From Candidatus Multivorans sp. (lineage in GTDB: Bacteria > Acidobacteriota > Thermoanaerobaculia > Multivoradales > Multivoraceae), in contig OZ245033.1 in the NCBI GenBank assembly GCA_965224025.1, positions 3,424,001-3,488,000 on the forward strand: a stretch of DNA of 64,000 bases. Reading direction: 5' to 3'. The first letter of the stretch is position 1, and each line of letters starts with the position of its first letter. This document shows positions 10,894 to 20,196 of this stretch, one piece after another. Made by a program: the position numbers and the translations under genes. Below the pieces are notes generated by a model that was given only the letters and a program-made list of their open reading frames with translations, was not told where the DNA came from and did not search any database.

Positions 10894-12856
10894 CCCGAAG
10901 TTCTGAGGCTCCTGGGGCCTCCTCGTCGTCGAGAGGCGTTGCAGTGCTTGGGTTTTCGGGTGTTGGGCCGCCCCTGTTTTCCGCCATTGGTAGCCATGTA
11001 ATGATCTCGTGGCATGTAGACATTCTGAATGGTTTAGTCTACAATGAGAAGCCATGTACATCGAACGGGTACCCAACCGAAACTCACCACCAGCCGTCCT
11101 GCTGAGAGAGTCCCACCGACAGGACGGAAAGGTCAAGAAACGCACTCTCGCCAACCTCTCCAAGTGGCCCGACCAACTCGTCGAAGGACTCAGAACCCTG
11201 CTCAAGGGAGGAGTCGCCCTGCCTTCGCTCGAGGCAGCCTTCGAGATCCTGCGCGCCAGACCGCACGGCCACGTCGCCGCCGTCCTCGGCGCGGCCCGAA
11301 GCCTCGGCCTCGAACGGCTCCTCGATCGACGGCCCTCGCGGGCGCTGGCGCTGGCCATGATCGCGGCCCGCATCCTCGAGCCGCGATCCAAGCTCGCCAC
11401 CGCCCGCGGACTCGCAAGCGAGACCATGAGCCACACCCTCGGCGAGGAACTCGGCGTGCAGGAGGCCTCGGCCGACGAACTCTACGGCGCCATGGACTGG
11501 CTGCTCGAAAGACAGCCGCGCATCGAGCGGACTCTTGCCCGGCGGCATCTGGAAGACGGCTCGCTGGTGCTCTGCGACGTGACCTCGGTCTACTTTGAGG
11601 GCAGGAAGTGCACGCTGGCCAGGCACGGCTACTCCAGGGACAAGAAGAGAGGCAAGGTCCAGATCGTCTTCGGCCTGCTCTGCAGCCGGGACGGATGCCC
11701 GGTCGCGGTCGAGGTATTCGAGGGCAACACGGCCGATCCGACGACCCTGAACGCCCAGGTGCAGAAGCTCCGCGACCGCTTCTCGCTGGAGAGGATCGTG
11801 ATGGTCTCAGACCGGGGCCTGATCACCGACGCGCGCATCCGCGAGGACCTCGACCCCGCGGGCCTGTCCTGGATCAGCGCCCTGCGCGCGCCGGCGATCA
11901 GGACGCTGGCCCAGGAAGGCCACCTGCAACTGTCGCTCTTCGACCAGCGGAAGATGGCCGAGATCAGGGTCCCGGAGCTGTACCCGAAGGAGCGCCTCGT
12001 GGTGTGCCGGAACCCGCTTCTGGCGGAGGAACGCGGCCGCAAGCGCCAGGAGCTTCTCGAAGCCACCGAGCGCAAGCTCGACGCCGTCGTTGCGGCGACG
12101 CGGCGCAAGAAGAACCCCCTGCGCGGCAAGGACGCCATCGCCGTGCGCGCGGACCGCGCCCGGGGCGCCTACAAGGTCGGCAAGCACTTCGAGGTCGAGA
12201 TCGAAGAGGACGGCTTCCAATACCGCCGCAACGAGGCGCGCATCGCCGAGGAAGCCGCTCTCGACGGCTTCTACGTCATCCGCACCAACGTCCCCGAAAA
12301 CGAACTGCCGGCAGCCGATGCGGTCCGCGCCTACAAGAGCCTCAGCCGCGTCGAACGCGCCTTCCGCTCCTTCAAGAGCGTCGACCTCAAGGTGCGCCCC
12401 GTCCACCATCGCCTGGCCTCGAGGGTGCGCGCCCACGTCTTCCTCTGCATGCTCGCCTACTACGTCGAGTGGCACATGCGCCGGACCCTGGCGCCCATCC
12501 TCTTCGACGACCAACGCCGCGACGACCAACGCGAGTCGCCAGTCGATCCCGCGCGCAGGTCGCCCGAGGCGATGGCCAAGGCCAACTCCCGGAGCACCCC
12601 CGACGGACTCCCCGTCCACAGCTTCCAGACCTTGCTCGCCGACCTGGCCACGCTGACCCGAAACCGGGTGCGGATGCACGGCGACGCCGACTCCACAGCC
12701 GACGTCCTCGCACGGCCCACTCCACTCCAGAACGAAGCCTTCAAACTACTCGGCATCCGCCCCTGAAGCCGACGTACCCAGTACAAGACACCGCCGAACA
12801 ACTGAAAACGCCCACCACTACAGGCGATTTCACGACTTGAAGCTCAGAACTTCGGG
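10894..12856 (+). mobile_element. IS1634-family insertion sequence, 1963 bp
   Basis: Perfect 14-bp terminal IRs CCCGAAGTTCTGAG (10894-10907) / CTCAGAACTTCGGG (12843-12856), flanked by CTAG at 10890-10893 and 12857-12860. Confidence 0.92.
11054..12766 (+). CDS. IS1634-family DDE transposase
   Basis: MYIERVPNRNSPPAVLLRES N-terminus; DVTSVYFEG, GYSRD, SDRG, Y..L..VERAFR..K and RVRAHVF motifs. Confidence 0.93.
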   Translation: MYIERVPNRNSPPAVLLRESHRQDGKVKKRTLANLSKWPDQLVEGLRTLLKGGVALPSLEAAFEILRARPHGHVAAVLGAARSLGLERLLDRRPSRALALAMIAARILEPRSKLATARGLASETMSHTLGEELGVQEASADELYGAMDWLLERQPRIERTLARRHLEDGSLVLCDVTSVYFEGRKCTLARHGYSRDKKRGKVQIVFGLLCSRDGCPVAVEVFEGNTADPTTLNAQVQKLRDRFSLERIVMVSDRGLITDARIREDLDPAGLSWISALRAPAIRTLAQEGHLQLSLFDQRKMAEIRVPELYPKERLVVCRNPLLAEERGRKRQELLEATERKLDAVVAATRRKKNPLRGKDAIAVRADRARGAYKVGKHFEVEIEEDGFQYRRNEARIAEEAALDGFYVIRTNVPENELPAADAVRAYKSLSRVERAFRSFKSVDLKVRPVHHRLASRVRAHVFLCMLAYYVEWHMRRTLAPILFDDQRRDDQRESPVDPARRSPEAMAKANSRSTPDGLPVHSFQTLLADLATLTRNRVRMHGDADSTADVLARPTPLQNEAFKLLGIRP

Positions 12857-12885
12857 CTAGCGGGCCGGTTGGCTGCGTCCGCGAG

Positions 12886-12915
12886 TTGACAGTGCCGGAG
12901 AGGGGGCCGTATCCT
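12886..12915 (+). promoter_or_regulatory. Putative sigma-70 promoter of the tRNA Gly-Cys-Leu cluster
   Basis: TTGACA-N18-TATCCT followed by a GC-rich discriminator. Confidence 0.6.
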
Positions 12916-12959
12916 CCGCGACTCAGGGCCTGCCGGTTCTCCGGCGGGTTCGCTCCGGC

Positions 12960-13034
12960 GCGGGAATAGCTCAGTGGTAGAGCACAACCTTGCCAAGGTT
13001 GGGGTCGCGGGTTCGAATCCCGTTTCCCGCTCCA
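12960..13034 (+). tRNA. tRNA-Gly(GCC)
   Basis: AACC-TTGCCAA-GGTT anticodon region; TTCGAA loop; CCA end. Confidence 0.97.
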
Positions 13035-13074
13035 TGCGAGCCGCGCCGCTCGAACCGGCGCCGAAGTCTCCCAA

Positions 13075-13149
13075 GGCGACGTGGCCAAGTGGTAAGGCGA
13101 GGGTCTGCAAAACCCTTATTCGCCGGTTCGAATCCGGCCGTCGCCTCCA
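13075..13149 (+). tRNA. tRNA-Cys(GCA)
   Basis: AGGGT-CTGCAAA-ACCCT anticodon arm; CCA end. Confidence 0.96.
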
Positions 13150-13162
13150 GACTTCCTGATAC

Positions 13163-13247
13163 GCCGGAGTGGCGGAACGGCAGACGCAGGGGACTTAAAA
13201 TCCCCCGCCCTTCATGGGGCGTGTGGGTTCGAATCCCACCTCCGGCA
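13163..13247 (+). tRNA. tRNA-Leu(TAA), CCA not encoded
   Basis: GGGGA-CTTAAAA-TCCCC; long variable arm; acceptor stem GCCGGAG/CTCCGGC. Confidence 0.93.
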
Positions 13248-13315
13248 CGCCTCTGCTGTCGTGAACAGGCGTCCCCCGCGGGGAGCGGAAGAAACTGGTA
13301 CTGTTCCGGTCCAGA

Positions 13316-13561
13316 ATGGATCGGACACTGGCCGAGTTGGCGGATTCTGGCGACGACCGGCTGGTCGAGATCGCCGGTGTAGTGGGAGACGGCCCGGTCA
13401 GTTGGCGTCTGCGGGAGATCGGTTTCTGCCGCGGAGCCGCGGTGCGGTTCGTTCGCCGCGCGCCGTTGGGTGATCCGGCGATGTATGAGCTCCACGGCGC
13501 CATCCTCAGCCTGCGCCGCAGTGAGGCGAGTCGGATCCGCGTTCGGTCCCGCGGCTCATGA
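13316..13561 (+). CDS. feoA: Ferrous iron transport protein A
   Basis: RLREIGF..G..V..VRRAPLGDP...LSLRRSEA. Confidence 0.93.
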   Translation: MDRTLAELADSGDDRLVEIAGVVGDGPVSWRLREIGFCRGAAVRFVRRAPLGDPAMYELHGAILSLRRSEASRIRVRSRGS

Positions 13562-15486
13562 CGGAGCTGGTCCGGCTGGGGCCGGCGCACGCCCCCCAGC
13601 GGCTCGCTCGTATCGCCATCCTCGGAGCACCGAACTCGGGCAAAACGACGCTGTTCAACGCCCTCACCGGGCACCGGGCGAAGGCGGGGAACTACCCGGG
13701 CGTTACGGTCGACCGGCGCGAAGGCAAGCTGCAGGACCGGTTCACGAAAGAGTCCACACGCTTGATCGACCTTCCGGGCGTGTACAGCCTGGAGCCGCAG
13801 TCGGAGGACGAAGCCGTAGCGGCTCGTGTGCTGCGGGGCGAGTTCGGCGAGCCGCCGCCCGACGGCATGGTTGTCGTCCTGGACGCGACGACGATCGAAC
13901 GCGCCCTGCCCCTCGTGGCGGAGGCCGCGAGTCTGGGCCTACCGCTTTGTATCGCTCTGACCATGATCGACGAGCTGAAGGCGCGGCATGGCGAGATCGA
14001 CGTCACCGCCCTCGAGGTCGAACTCGGCGTTCCGGTGCTCGGCGTGGTGGGTAACCGCGGCCTCGGCATCGATGATCTCGGCGCTCTGCTGGCCGGCCCC
14101 GGTGACTGGAGCCCGTCTCCGGCCCTACGGGAGGCCGCAGCGGCGGACACACCGGAGGAGAGGTTCGATTGGACCTACGGAGTGCTGGAGCGATGCCGCC
14201 GCGAGACTCCGCGACCGGATCGCTGGACCCGGAGACTGGACCGGTTTCTGCTCCATCCCGTGCTCGGGCCGGCGGTCTTTCTCACCTTCGTCGCCCTGTT
14301 CTTCCAGGCGATCTTCACCTGGGCCACGCCGGCGATGGACCTGCTGTCAGGGCTCATGGACGGCTTTGCCGACGGACTGCTCACCGCTCTGCCGGACACG
14401 TTGTTGACGCGACTGCTTGCCGACGGCGTGATTCGCGGCGTCGGGGCGGTAGTCGTGTTCCTGCCTCAGATCGTCCTGCTGTTCAGCGTCATCCTGTTTC
14501 TTGAAGGTTGCGGATACATGGCGCGGGCAGCCTTCGTCGTGGATCGGCTGATGGGTTGGGTGGGTCTCGAGGGTCGCTGTTTCCTGGCCCTGCTCTCCTC
14601 GTACGCCTGTGCGGTTCCCGGCATCATGGCGACCCGGACGATCCCTTCGGAACGGGATCGGCTGACCACGATCCTGGTGGCTCCGTTTGCCACCTGCTCG
14701 GCTCGGCTGCCGGTGTACACGCTGCTGATCGCGGCGTTCATTCCCGCCGATCCGGTGTTCGGGCCGTTCACCTGGCAGGGGCTGACCCTGGGCGGCCTCT
14801 ACCTCCTGGGAACGGCAGCGGCACTGGTCTCGGCGGCGGTGCTCAAGCGCGGCCTGCGGCGGGGTGCGTCGCTTCCGTTCTACCTGGAACTGCCGCCGTT
14901 TCGCCTGCCACGGCCGAGCGACATCGCGCTGGGCGTCTGGGACCGCGCGCGCATGTTCCTGCGCCGCGCCGGCACGATCATCCTCAGCGTCAGTGTCGTG
15001 CTCTGGTTCCTGCTCAACCTGCCGCGGCGCGACGCCGACCCGCAGCTCAGCGCCGCGGCCAACCAGCAGGCGATTCTCGAGGGCAGCTACGCGGCTTCCG
15101 TGGGCAGGTTCCTGGAGCCGGTGTTCGCGCCCATGGACTTCGACTGGCGCATCAACGTCGGCCTGGTCGCGTCTCAGGCCGCTCGCGAGGTCATGGTCGC
15201 CACGCTGGCGCAGATCTTCGCCCACGAAGGCGAGGACCGGGAGGGGCTCGGCGGCATCCTGGCCGGCGGCGGCGAGCGCGGGAGCGAGCCGGTGCTGTCG
15301 CGTGCGTCGGCGCTTGCCCTGCTCGTCTACTTCGCGTTCGCCATGCAGTGCATGTCGACCCTGGTCGTGATCCGTCGCGAGACGGGGAAATGGCGGTGGC
15401 CGGCCTTCACCTTCGTCTACATGACCGGCCTGGGCTGGCTGGGGGCCTGGGCCACGTTCCTGGTCGCCACGGCGGCCGGCGCCTGA
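13558..15486 (+). CDS. feoB: Ferrous iron transport protein B
   Basis: GAPNSGKT, NYPGVTV, DLPGVYSL, GYMARAAF and CSARLPVY motifs. Confidence 0.96.
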   Translation: MTELVRLGPAHAPQRLARIAILGAPNSGKTTLFNALTGHRAKAGNYPGVTVDRREGKLQDRFTKESTRLIDLPGVYSLEPQSEDEAVAARVLRGEFGEPPPDGMVVVLDATTIERALPLVAEAASLGLPLCIALTMIDELKARHGEIDVTALEVELGVPVLGVVGNRGLGIDDLGALLAGPGDWSPSPALREAAAADTPEERFDWTYGVLERCRRETPRPDRWTRRLDRFLLHPVLGPAVFLTFVALFFQAIFTWATPAMDLLSGLMDGFADGLLTALPDTLLTRLLADGVIRGVGAVVVFLPQIVLLFSVILFLEGCGYMARAAFVVDRLMGWVGLEGRCFLALLSSYACAVPGIMATRTIPSERDRLTTILVAPFATCSARLPVYTLLIAAFIPADPVFGPFTWQGLTLGGLYLLGTAAALVSAAVLKRGLRRGASLPFYLELPPFRLPRPSDIALGVWDRARMFLRRAGTIILSVSVVLWFLLNLPRRDADPQLSAAANQQAILEGSYAASVGRFLEPVFAPMDFDWRINVGLVASQAAREVMVATLAQIFAHEGEDREGLGGILAGGGERGSEPVLSRASALALLVYFAFAMQCMSTLVVIRRETGKWRWPAFTFVYMTGLGWLGAWATFLVATAAGA

Positions 15487-15558
15487 GCAACGGCCTCGGC
15501 GAACTTGCGGCGCCGGCCGGCGGAATGGCCGCAACGGGGGCCGGCGACCGGGAGTGAA

Positions 15559-16341
15559 TCAGGAACCGGTGAAACGCGGCAGGCGGCGTTCCGTCATCGC
15601 CCGCACACCCTCGGCGAAGTCCGCGGTCTGCCGCAGCCGGTCCTGCTCGACCTTCTCGTGGTCGGTGGCCGCACGGATCTCGGCGGCGAGCCGGCCGCGG
15701 AGGGTCTCGCGGATCGATCGCACGGCGAGAGGCGCCGAGGCGGCGATCTCTCCGGCGAGAGCCCGCGCCCGTGCCCGCACGTCGTCACGGGGAGCGAGTT
15801 CGTCGCAGAGACCGATCCGCAACGCCTCTTCGCCCTTGACGCGGCACCCGGTGTAGAGCATCTCCATCGCCCGCTGACGGCCGACCAGGCCGGGGAGGGT
15901 GACGGTCAGCCCGAAGCCCTGGATGAAGCCCAGGCGGGCGAAATTCGCGGCGAACCGGGCTTCGGCGCAGGCGACGCGGAAGTCCGGCATCAGGGCCAGC
16001 CCGAGACCGCCGCCGATGGCCGCGCCCTGGATGGCGGCGACGACCGGGGTCCGGGTTTGGAACAGGCGCACGGCCTCGTCGTAGAGGTGGCGCTGCGGGG
16101 TTCCGGTTGCTGGACGCGGAGAGTTCAGGTTCGCGCCCGCGCAGAAGTGCTTGCCCTCGGAACAGAGCACCACGGCGCGGCAGTCGCTCCGCTCGTCGAG
16201 GTCCTCGATCGCTGCCGCCAGCGCGGCAATCAGATCCTGGTCGAAGAAGTTGTTCGGCGGCCGGTGGATCTCCACTTCCGCCACCAGATCGTCGCCGACC
16301 GCGACCGTCACTTCGCCATTCCCGGCGGCGCTTCCGTTCAT
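15559..16341 (-). CDS. Enoyl-CoA hydratase/isomerase (crotonase) family protein
   Basis: FCAGANL, PVVAAIQGAAIGGG and D..EGV.A..ERR.P.F motifs. Confidence 0.92.
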   Translation of the reverse strand: MNGSAAGNGEVTVAVGDDLVAEVEIHRPPNNFFDQDLIAALAAAIEDLDERSDCRAVVLCSEGKHFCAGANLNSPRPATGTPQRHLYDEAVRLFQTRTPVVAAIQGAAIGGGLGLALMPDFRVACAEARFAANFARLGFIQGFGLTVTLPGLVGRQRAMEMLYTGCRVKGEEALRIGLCDELAPRDDVRARARALAGEIAASAPLAVRSIRETLRGRLAAEIRAATDHEKVEQDRLRQTADFAEGVRAMTERRLPRFTGS

Positions 16342-16381
16342 CTCGCTCCTCGCTTTCGCGTCGTGTTCCCGGGCCCGGACC

Positions 16382-17539
16382 CTATCTGCCCGGAACCGGT
16401 GCGGCCGTACCCTGGCCGCGGTAGTCGCCGAACAGCATTTCGACGCCGAAACGCAGGATCGGGACCGAGTCCCTCGGTTCGCCCCGCACGTCGCGCCGCC
16501 AAGCCATGCCGGGACCGATCTCGAGGAAGAGCCACTCGCGGAGGATCTGCTGGCGGTAGATCACCCGCACGAAGTAGTTCTCGATCAGAATCGGTGCGTC
16601 GGTCTCGCCGTTGGCGCCGACCTGGTGGGCGAGGGCGCGGCGGCGGCCAAGGCGGTGGTAGTAGCTCAACTCGGTGAACCAGTCGGCGCCCAGCGTGACG
16701 TCGGAGATCTTCCCGGCGCCGCGCCAACGCATCATCGAGCCGTTGGTGAAGGCGTGCTCGTAGTCGATCCGGGTCGACAGGCCCCAGCCGTCCTCCCGCT
16801 CCCAGAATAGAGCGTGGCGGAAGCGCACGAGGTCCGTGTCCGAGAGGAAGGTCCGGTGCTTGTAGCGGGCGCGCGCGAAGGGTTCGATCGGGAAGTCGAA
16901 GTTCATTCCGACATCGAAGTCGAGGTCCCCGCCGCCGCCCGAGATCGGCCGGTAGCCGAGTCCCACCAACCACTCGTCGTCGGCGGGATCGAACATCGTC
17001 GGCAGAGAGGTGGCGCCGCGGCGCTGGGAGTCCTCCAGCAGGTCCTCCCGGTCATCGCGGCCGATGAAGGCATTGAGACGCCGCTCCATTCTCGGGAAGT
17101 GCAGGCGGGCGCGAAAGCGCACGTCGTCCTTGAAGCCGTACTGCTCGTCCCAGATCACGCCCACCAGGGCCCGGCCGTGCGTCGCTTCGAGTTCCTCGTC
17201 CAGCCGGTAGTCGCCGAACAGGTGGTCGAACCACAGGGCCGTCTCGCACGCCGTCCGGTGGAGGCGCAGGTTGAGCCAGTCGAGCCAGGATCGGCCTTCC
17301 AGGTACTCGGACGCGCACGGGTCGACCTCTTCGCCCGTGACCTCCTCGCCCGCGGCCTCTTCGTCGCCATCGCCGTCGGTCCCGGCCTGGTCCGTGGAGC
17401 GGGTTGCCTGCCGGGGGTCGGGTTCGCGGTCCACGTCCTGACCTGCGACGGGAGCGATGGCGAGAACCGAAGCGCAGAGAACAGCCCATGCCACCCCCAG
17501 CCGAACACGCAAGGGATGCTGCGAGCGTCTTGCCAACAT
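16382..17539 (-). CDS. Hypothetical exported protein, probable outer-membrane beta-barrel
   Basis: Signal peptide; acidic linker; alternating amphipathic aromatic strands ending FGVEMLF; start approximate. Confidence 0.7.
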   Translation of the reverse strand: MLARRSQHPLRVRLGVAWAVLCASVLAIAPVAGQDVDREPDPRQATRSTDQAGTDGDGDEEAAGEEVTGEEVDPCASEYLEGRSWLDWLNLRLHRTACETALWFDHLFGDYRLDEELEATHGRALVGVIWDEQYGFKDDVRFRARLHFPRMERRLNAFIGRDDREDLLEDSQRRGATSLPTMFDPADDEWLVGLGYRPISGGGGDLDFDVGMNFDFPIEPFARARYKHRTFLSDTDLVRFRHALFWEREDGWGLSTRIDYEHAFTNGSMMRWRGAGKISDVTLGADWFTELSYYHRLGRRRALAHQVGANGETDAPILIENYFVRVIYRQQILREWLFLEIGPGMAWRRDVRGEPRDSVPILRFGVEMLFGDYRGQGTAAPVPGR

Positions 17540-17671
17540 GGGTTCAGGGGCTGTGCCAACCGGCTCACGACCCGACCGCCGGCACCGCCCCATCTTCGCA
17601 CGCGAACCCGGAAATCCGCAGCCGCGAATCCTGCCCGCGTCAGCGCCTGACGGCGCTAGGCTAGGCGGGTC

Positions 17672-19033
17672 GTGCGCGCCCCGGTCGAGGAAACCCACAG
17701 TCTGCCGCACAGCGAGGAGTCTGAGCGCGCGGTGCTCGCCGCGATTCTGCTCGACGCCGACCGGCACCTGGCGGCTACCTCGGTCAGACTGAAGCCGGAG
17801 GACTACTACTTCCAGAGGCATCGGCTGCTGTACGAGGCGATGCTCGCGCTCCAGGAAGCGGACAGCCCGATCGACCTCCGGACGGTGCAGGCGCGGCTGG
17901 AGCAACGAGACCAGTTCGACGCCGCCGGCGGGGTGGCGTATCTGGCCACGCTGGAGGTGGATCTGCCCGACCTCGGCCGGGTCGACTCCTACGTCGAGAT
18001 CATCAAGGAACGGGCCCTGCGCAGGCGCCTGATCGATGCCTGCACGACGATATACAGGACGGCGCTCGACGGCGGTCTCGAGGCGGCAGACGCCCTGGAC
18101 CGTGCGGAGCAGGCCGTGATGGAGCTGAGCGAGGAGGCGGTGGCGCGGAGCTTCGTGCCCCTGGACCAGGTTTACCGCGAGACGGTCAAGCAGTTGGAAC
18201 AGCAAACGGCGGACGACTTCCCCGGCCTGCGCACCGGCTTCGTCGACTTCGACCGCATGACCCACGGTCTCCAGCCGGGCAACCTGGTGATCGTTGCCGG
18301 CCGGCCGGGGATGGGCAAGACGAGTCTGGCCCTGAACATTGCCACCCACGTTGCACAGGAGGAGAAGAAGGCGGCGGGCTTCTTCTCGCTTGAGATGAGC
18401 GAGCGCGAGATCGCCATGCGGGTGCTGTGCTCGACGACCGACATCCCCTTTCACCGGCTGCGCGGCGGCCAGCTCGGGGCGCGTGACTGGAGTCGCGTAC
18501 ACCAGGCGGTGGAAAGCGGCCGGGACTCGACTCTGTTCATCGACGATTCGGCCAATCCGTCGATGCTCGAGGTCGCCTCCAAGGCGCGCCGGCTGAATGC
18601 GCAGCACGGCCTCGCGCTCTTGGTCGTGGACTACCTCCAGTTGATGAACGCGGGGGGCAGGTACGAGAACCGCAACCTGGAGATCGGAGCGATCACGCGC
18701 GGCCTGAAACAACTGGCCAAGGAGCTCGACGTGCCGGTGGTGGCCCTGTCCCAGCTCTCGCGGCTGCCGGAGCGCCGGGGCAAGGACCACCGTCCCCAAC
18801 TCGCCGACCTCCGGGAGTCGGGCAACATCGAACAGGACGCCGATATCGTCATCTTCGTCTACCGCGAGGAGGTGTACGAACCCGACGACCCGGATGTGGA
18901 AGGCATGGCCCAATTGATCATCGCCAAGCACCGCAACGGGGAAACGGGGAGCGTCAATCTCGTCTTCATCGGCGACACGACCACGTTTCGCAACTACGAC
19001 GGCCGTCACACGCCGCCCGAGGGGCCGAACTGA
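17672..19033 (+). CDS. dnaB: Replicative DNA helicase
   Basis: PHS.E.E.AVL, GRPGMGKT, VDYLQL, LSQLSR, DLRESG.IEQDAD and KHRNG motifs; no intein. Confidence 0.98.
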   Translation: MRAPVEETHSLPHSEESERAVLAAILLDADRHLAATSVRLKPEDYYFQRHRLLYEAMLALQEADSPIDLRTVQARLEQRDQFDAAGGVAYLATLEVDLPDLGRVDSYVEIIKERALRRRLIDACTTIYRTALDGGLEAADALDRAEQAVMELSEEAVARSFVPLDQVYRETVKQLEQQTADDFPGLRTGFVDFDRMTHGLQPGNLVIVAGRPGMGKTSLALNIATHVAQEEKKAAGFFSLEMSEREIAMRVLCSTTDIPFHRLRGGQLGARDWSRVHQAVESGRDSTLFIDDSANPSMLEVASKARRLNAQHGLALLVVDYLQLMNAGGRYENRNLEIGAITRGLKQLAKELDVPVVALSQLSRLPERRGKDHRPQLADLRESGNIEQDADIVIFVYREEVYEPDDPDVEGMAQLIIAKHRNGETGSVNLVFIGDTTTFRNYDGRHTPPEGPN

Positions 19034-20196
19034 CTAGCGGCGCCAGCGCCCGGGTCGAGATCGACCTCGGCGCGCTGGCCGCCAACCTGCGTGTGGTTCG
19101 ACAGGCCGTCGGTGAGGCAGGAGTATTCGGAGTCGTCAAGGCTGGCGCCTACGGCCACGGCGCCGTGGCTGTGGCGCTCGAACTGGAGCGGCTGGGCGTT
19201 GACGGGATGGCGGTGGCGCGCGTGAGCGAGGTGGAGGAACTGCGGCGCGCCGGCGTGCGGAGCACGCTGCTGCTGCTGAGCGGACCGGCCTCGATCGAGG
19301 AACTCGAGCGTGCCGTCCATTGGGACGCGACGCCGGTGCTCACGAGGCGAGATCAGGTCGCCGACTGGTCGGCTTGGCGGCGGCGGTCGTCCGATGGCGG
19401 AATCCCCCTTGGTGTCGTGGTCGAGCTGGACACCGGCATGAGCCGCTACGGCGTGCCGCTCGACCAGTGGCCGTCGATGCTCCACGATCTCCGGGCCGCG
19501 TCCGAACTGAAGCTCACCGGCCTGATGTCCCACCTGGCGGAATCCGAATTGCCGGCAAGCCGCTTCACCGGCGAACAGGAGCGACGGTTTGCCGCCGCTG
19601 TGGCGGCGCTCCACCCGGAGGAGCGCCGGACTGTCTCTGTTCATCTCTCGAACTCGTCCGGCGCGCTCAGACGGGTCTCCGCGCGCTGGAATGCGGTGCG
19701 CGTGGGCGGCGCGCTCTACGGGCTTGATCTGGCGGCGCCCGCGGATCCCCTGCCGGCGTCCGGCTTGTGCCCGGTGATGAGCGTGAAGGCGCCCATTCTC
19801 GATCTCCGACAGGTGCCGGCCGGGGCCGGCGTTGGTTACCGCCGAACCTGGAAGGCTCCGCGCAAGGCGACGATCGCTCTGGTACCGGTCGGGTACGGCG
19901 ACGGGTTCAGCACCGGCTTCGGCGCCGGCGACGTTCTGGTGCGAGGCGCCCGCTGCCTGATCGCCGGCCAGATCAGCATGGACTCGCTGACCGTCGACGT
20001 CACCGGAGTTCCCGGCGTGGCGGTAGGGGACGAGTGCGTTCTGCTCGGCGCGCAGGCAGACGAGAGAATCGGCGTCGCCGAACTTGCCGCTCGCGCCGGC
20101 GTCGCGGCCTACGAAGTCTGGTGCGGCTTCAGAAGCCAGCTGCCACGGCTGCTACGCGGGGGGTACCGGCCTATAGGACCGGATCGCGCCCGGTGA
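19030..20196 (+). CDS. alr: Alanine racemase (start probably CTG overlapping the dnaB stop)
   Basis: ARVEIDLGAL..N, VVKAGAYGHG, DTGMSR.G, GYGDG and ISMD motifs. Confidence 0.9.
   Translation: MTSGASARVEIDLGALAANLRVVRQAVGEAGVFGVVKAGAYGHGAVAVALELERLGVDGMAVARVSEVEELRRAGVRSTLLLLSGPASIEELERAVHWDATPVLTRRDQVADWSAWRRRSSDGGIPLGVVVELDTGMSRYGVPLDQWPSMLHDLRAASELKLTGLMSHLAESELPASRFTGEQERRFAAAVAALHPEERRTVSVHLSNSSGALRRVSARWNAVRVGGALYGLDLAAPADPLPASGLCPVMSVKAPILDLRQVPAGAGVGYRRTWKAPRKATIALVPVGYGDGFSTGFGAGDVLVRGARCLIAGQISMDSLTVDVTGVPGVAVGDECVLLGAQADERIGVAELAARAGVAAYEVWCGFRSQLPRLLRGGYRPIGPDRAR

Noticed and set aside
17540-19009. Upstream part of the 875-aa minus-strand ORF 16382..19009
   Set aside because: Antisense shadow of dnaB; only the portion from about 17539 down looks like a real protein.
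20171-20196. 26-bp convergent overlap of alr and purC
   Set aside because: Short 3' overlaps are common in compact GC-rich genomes; no evidence of function.
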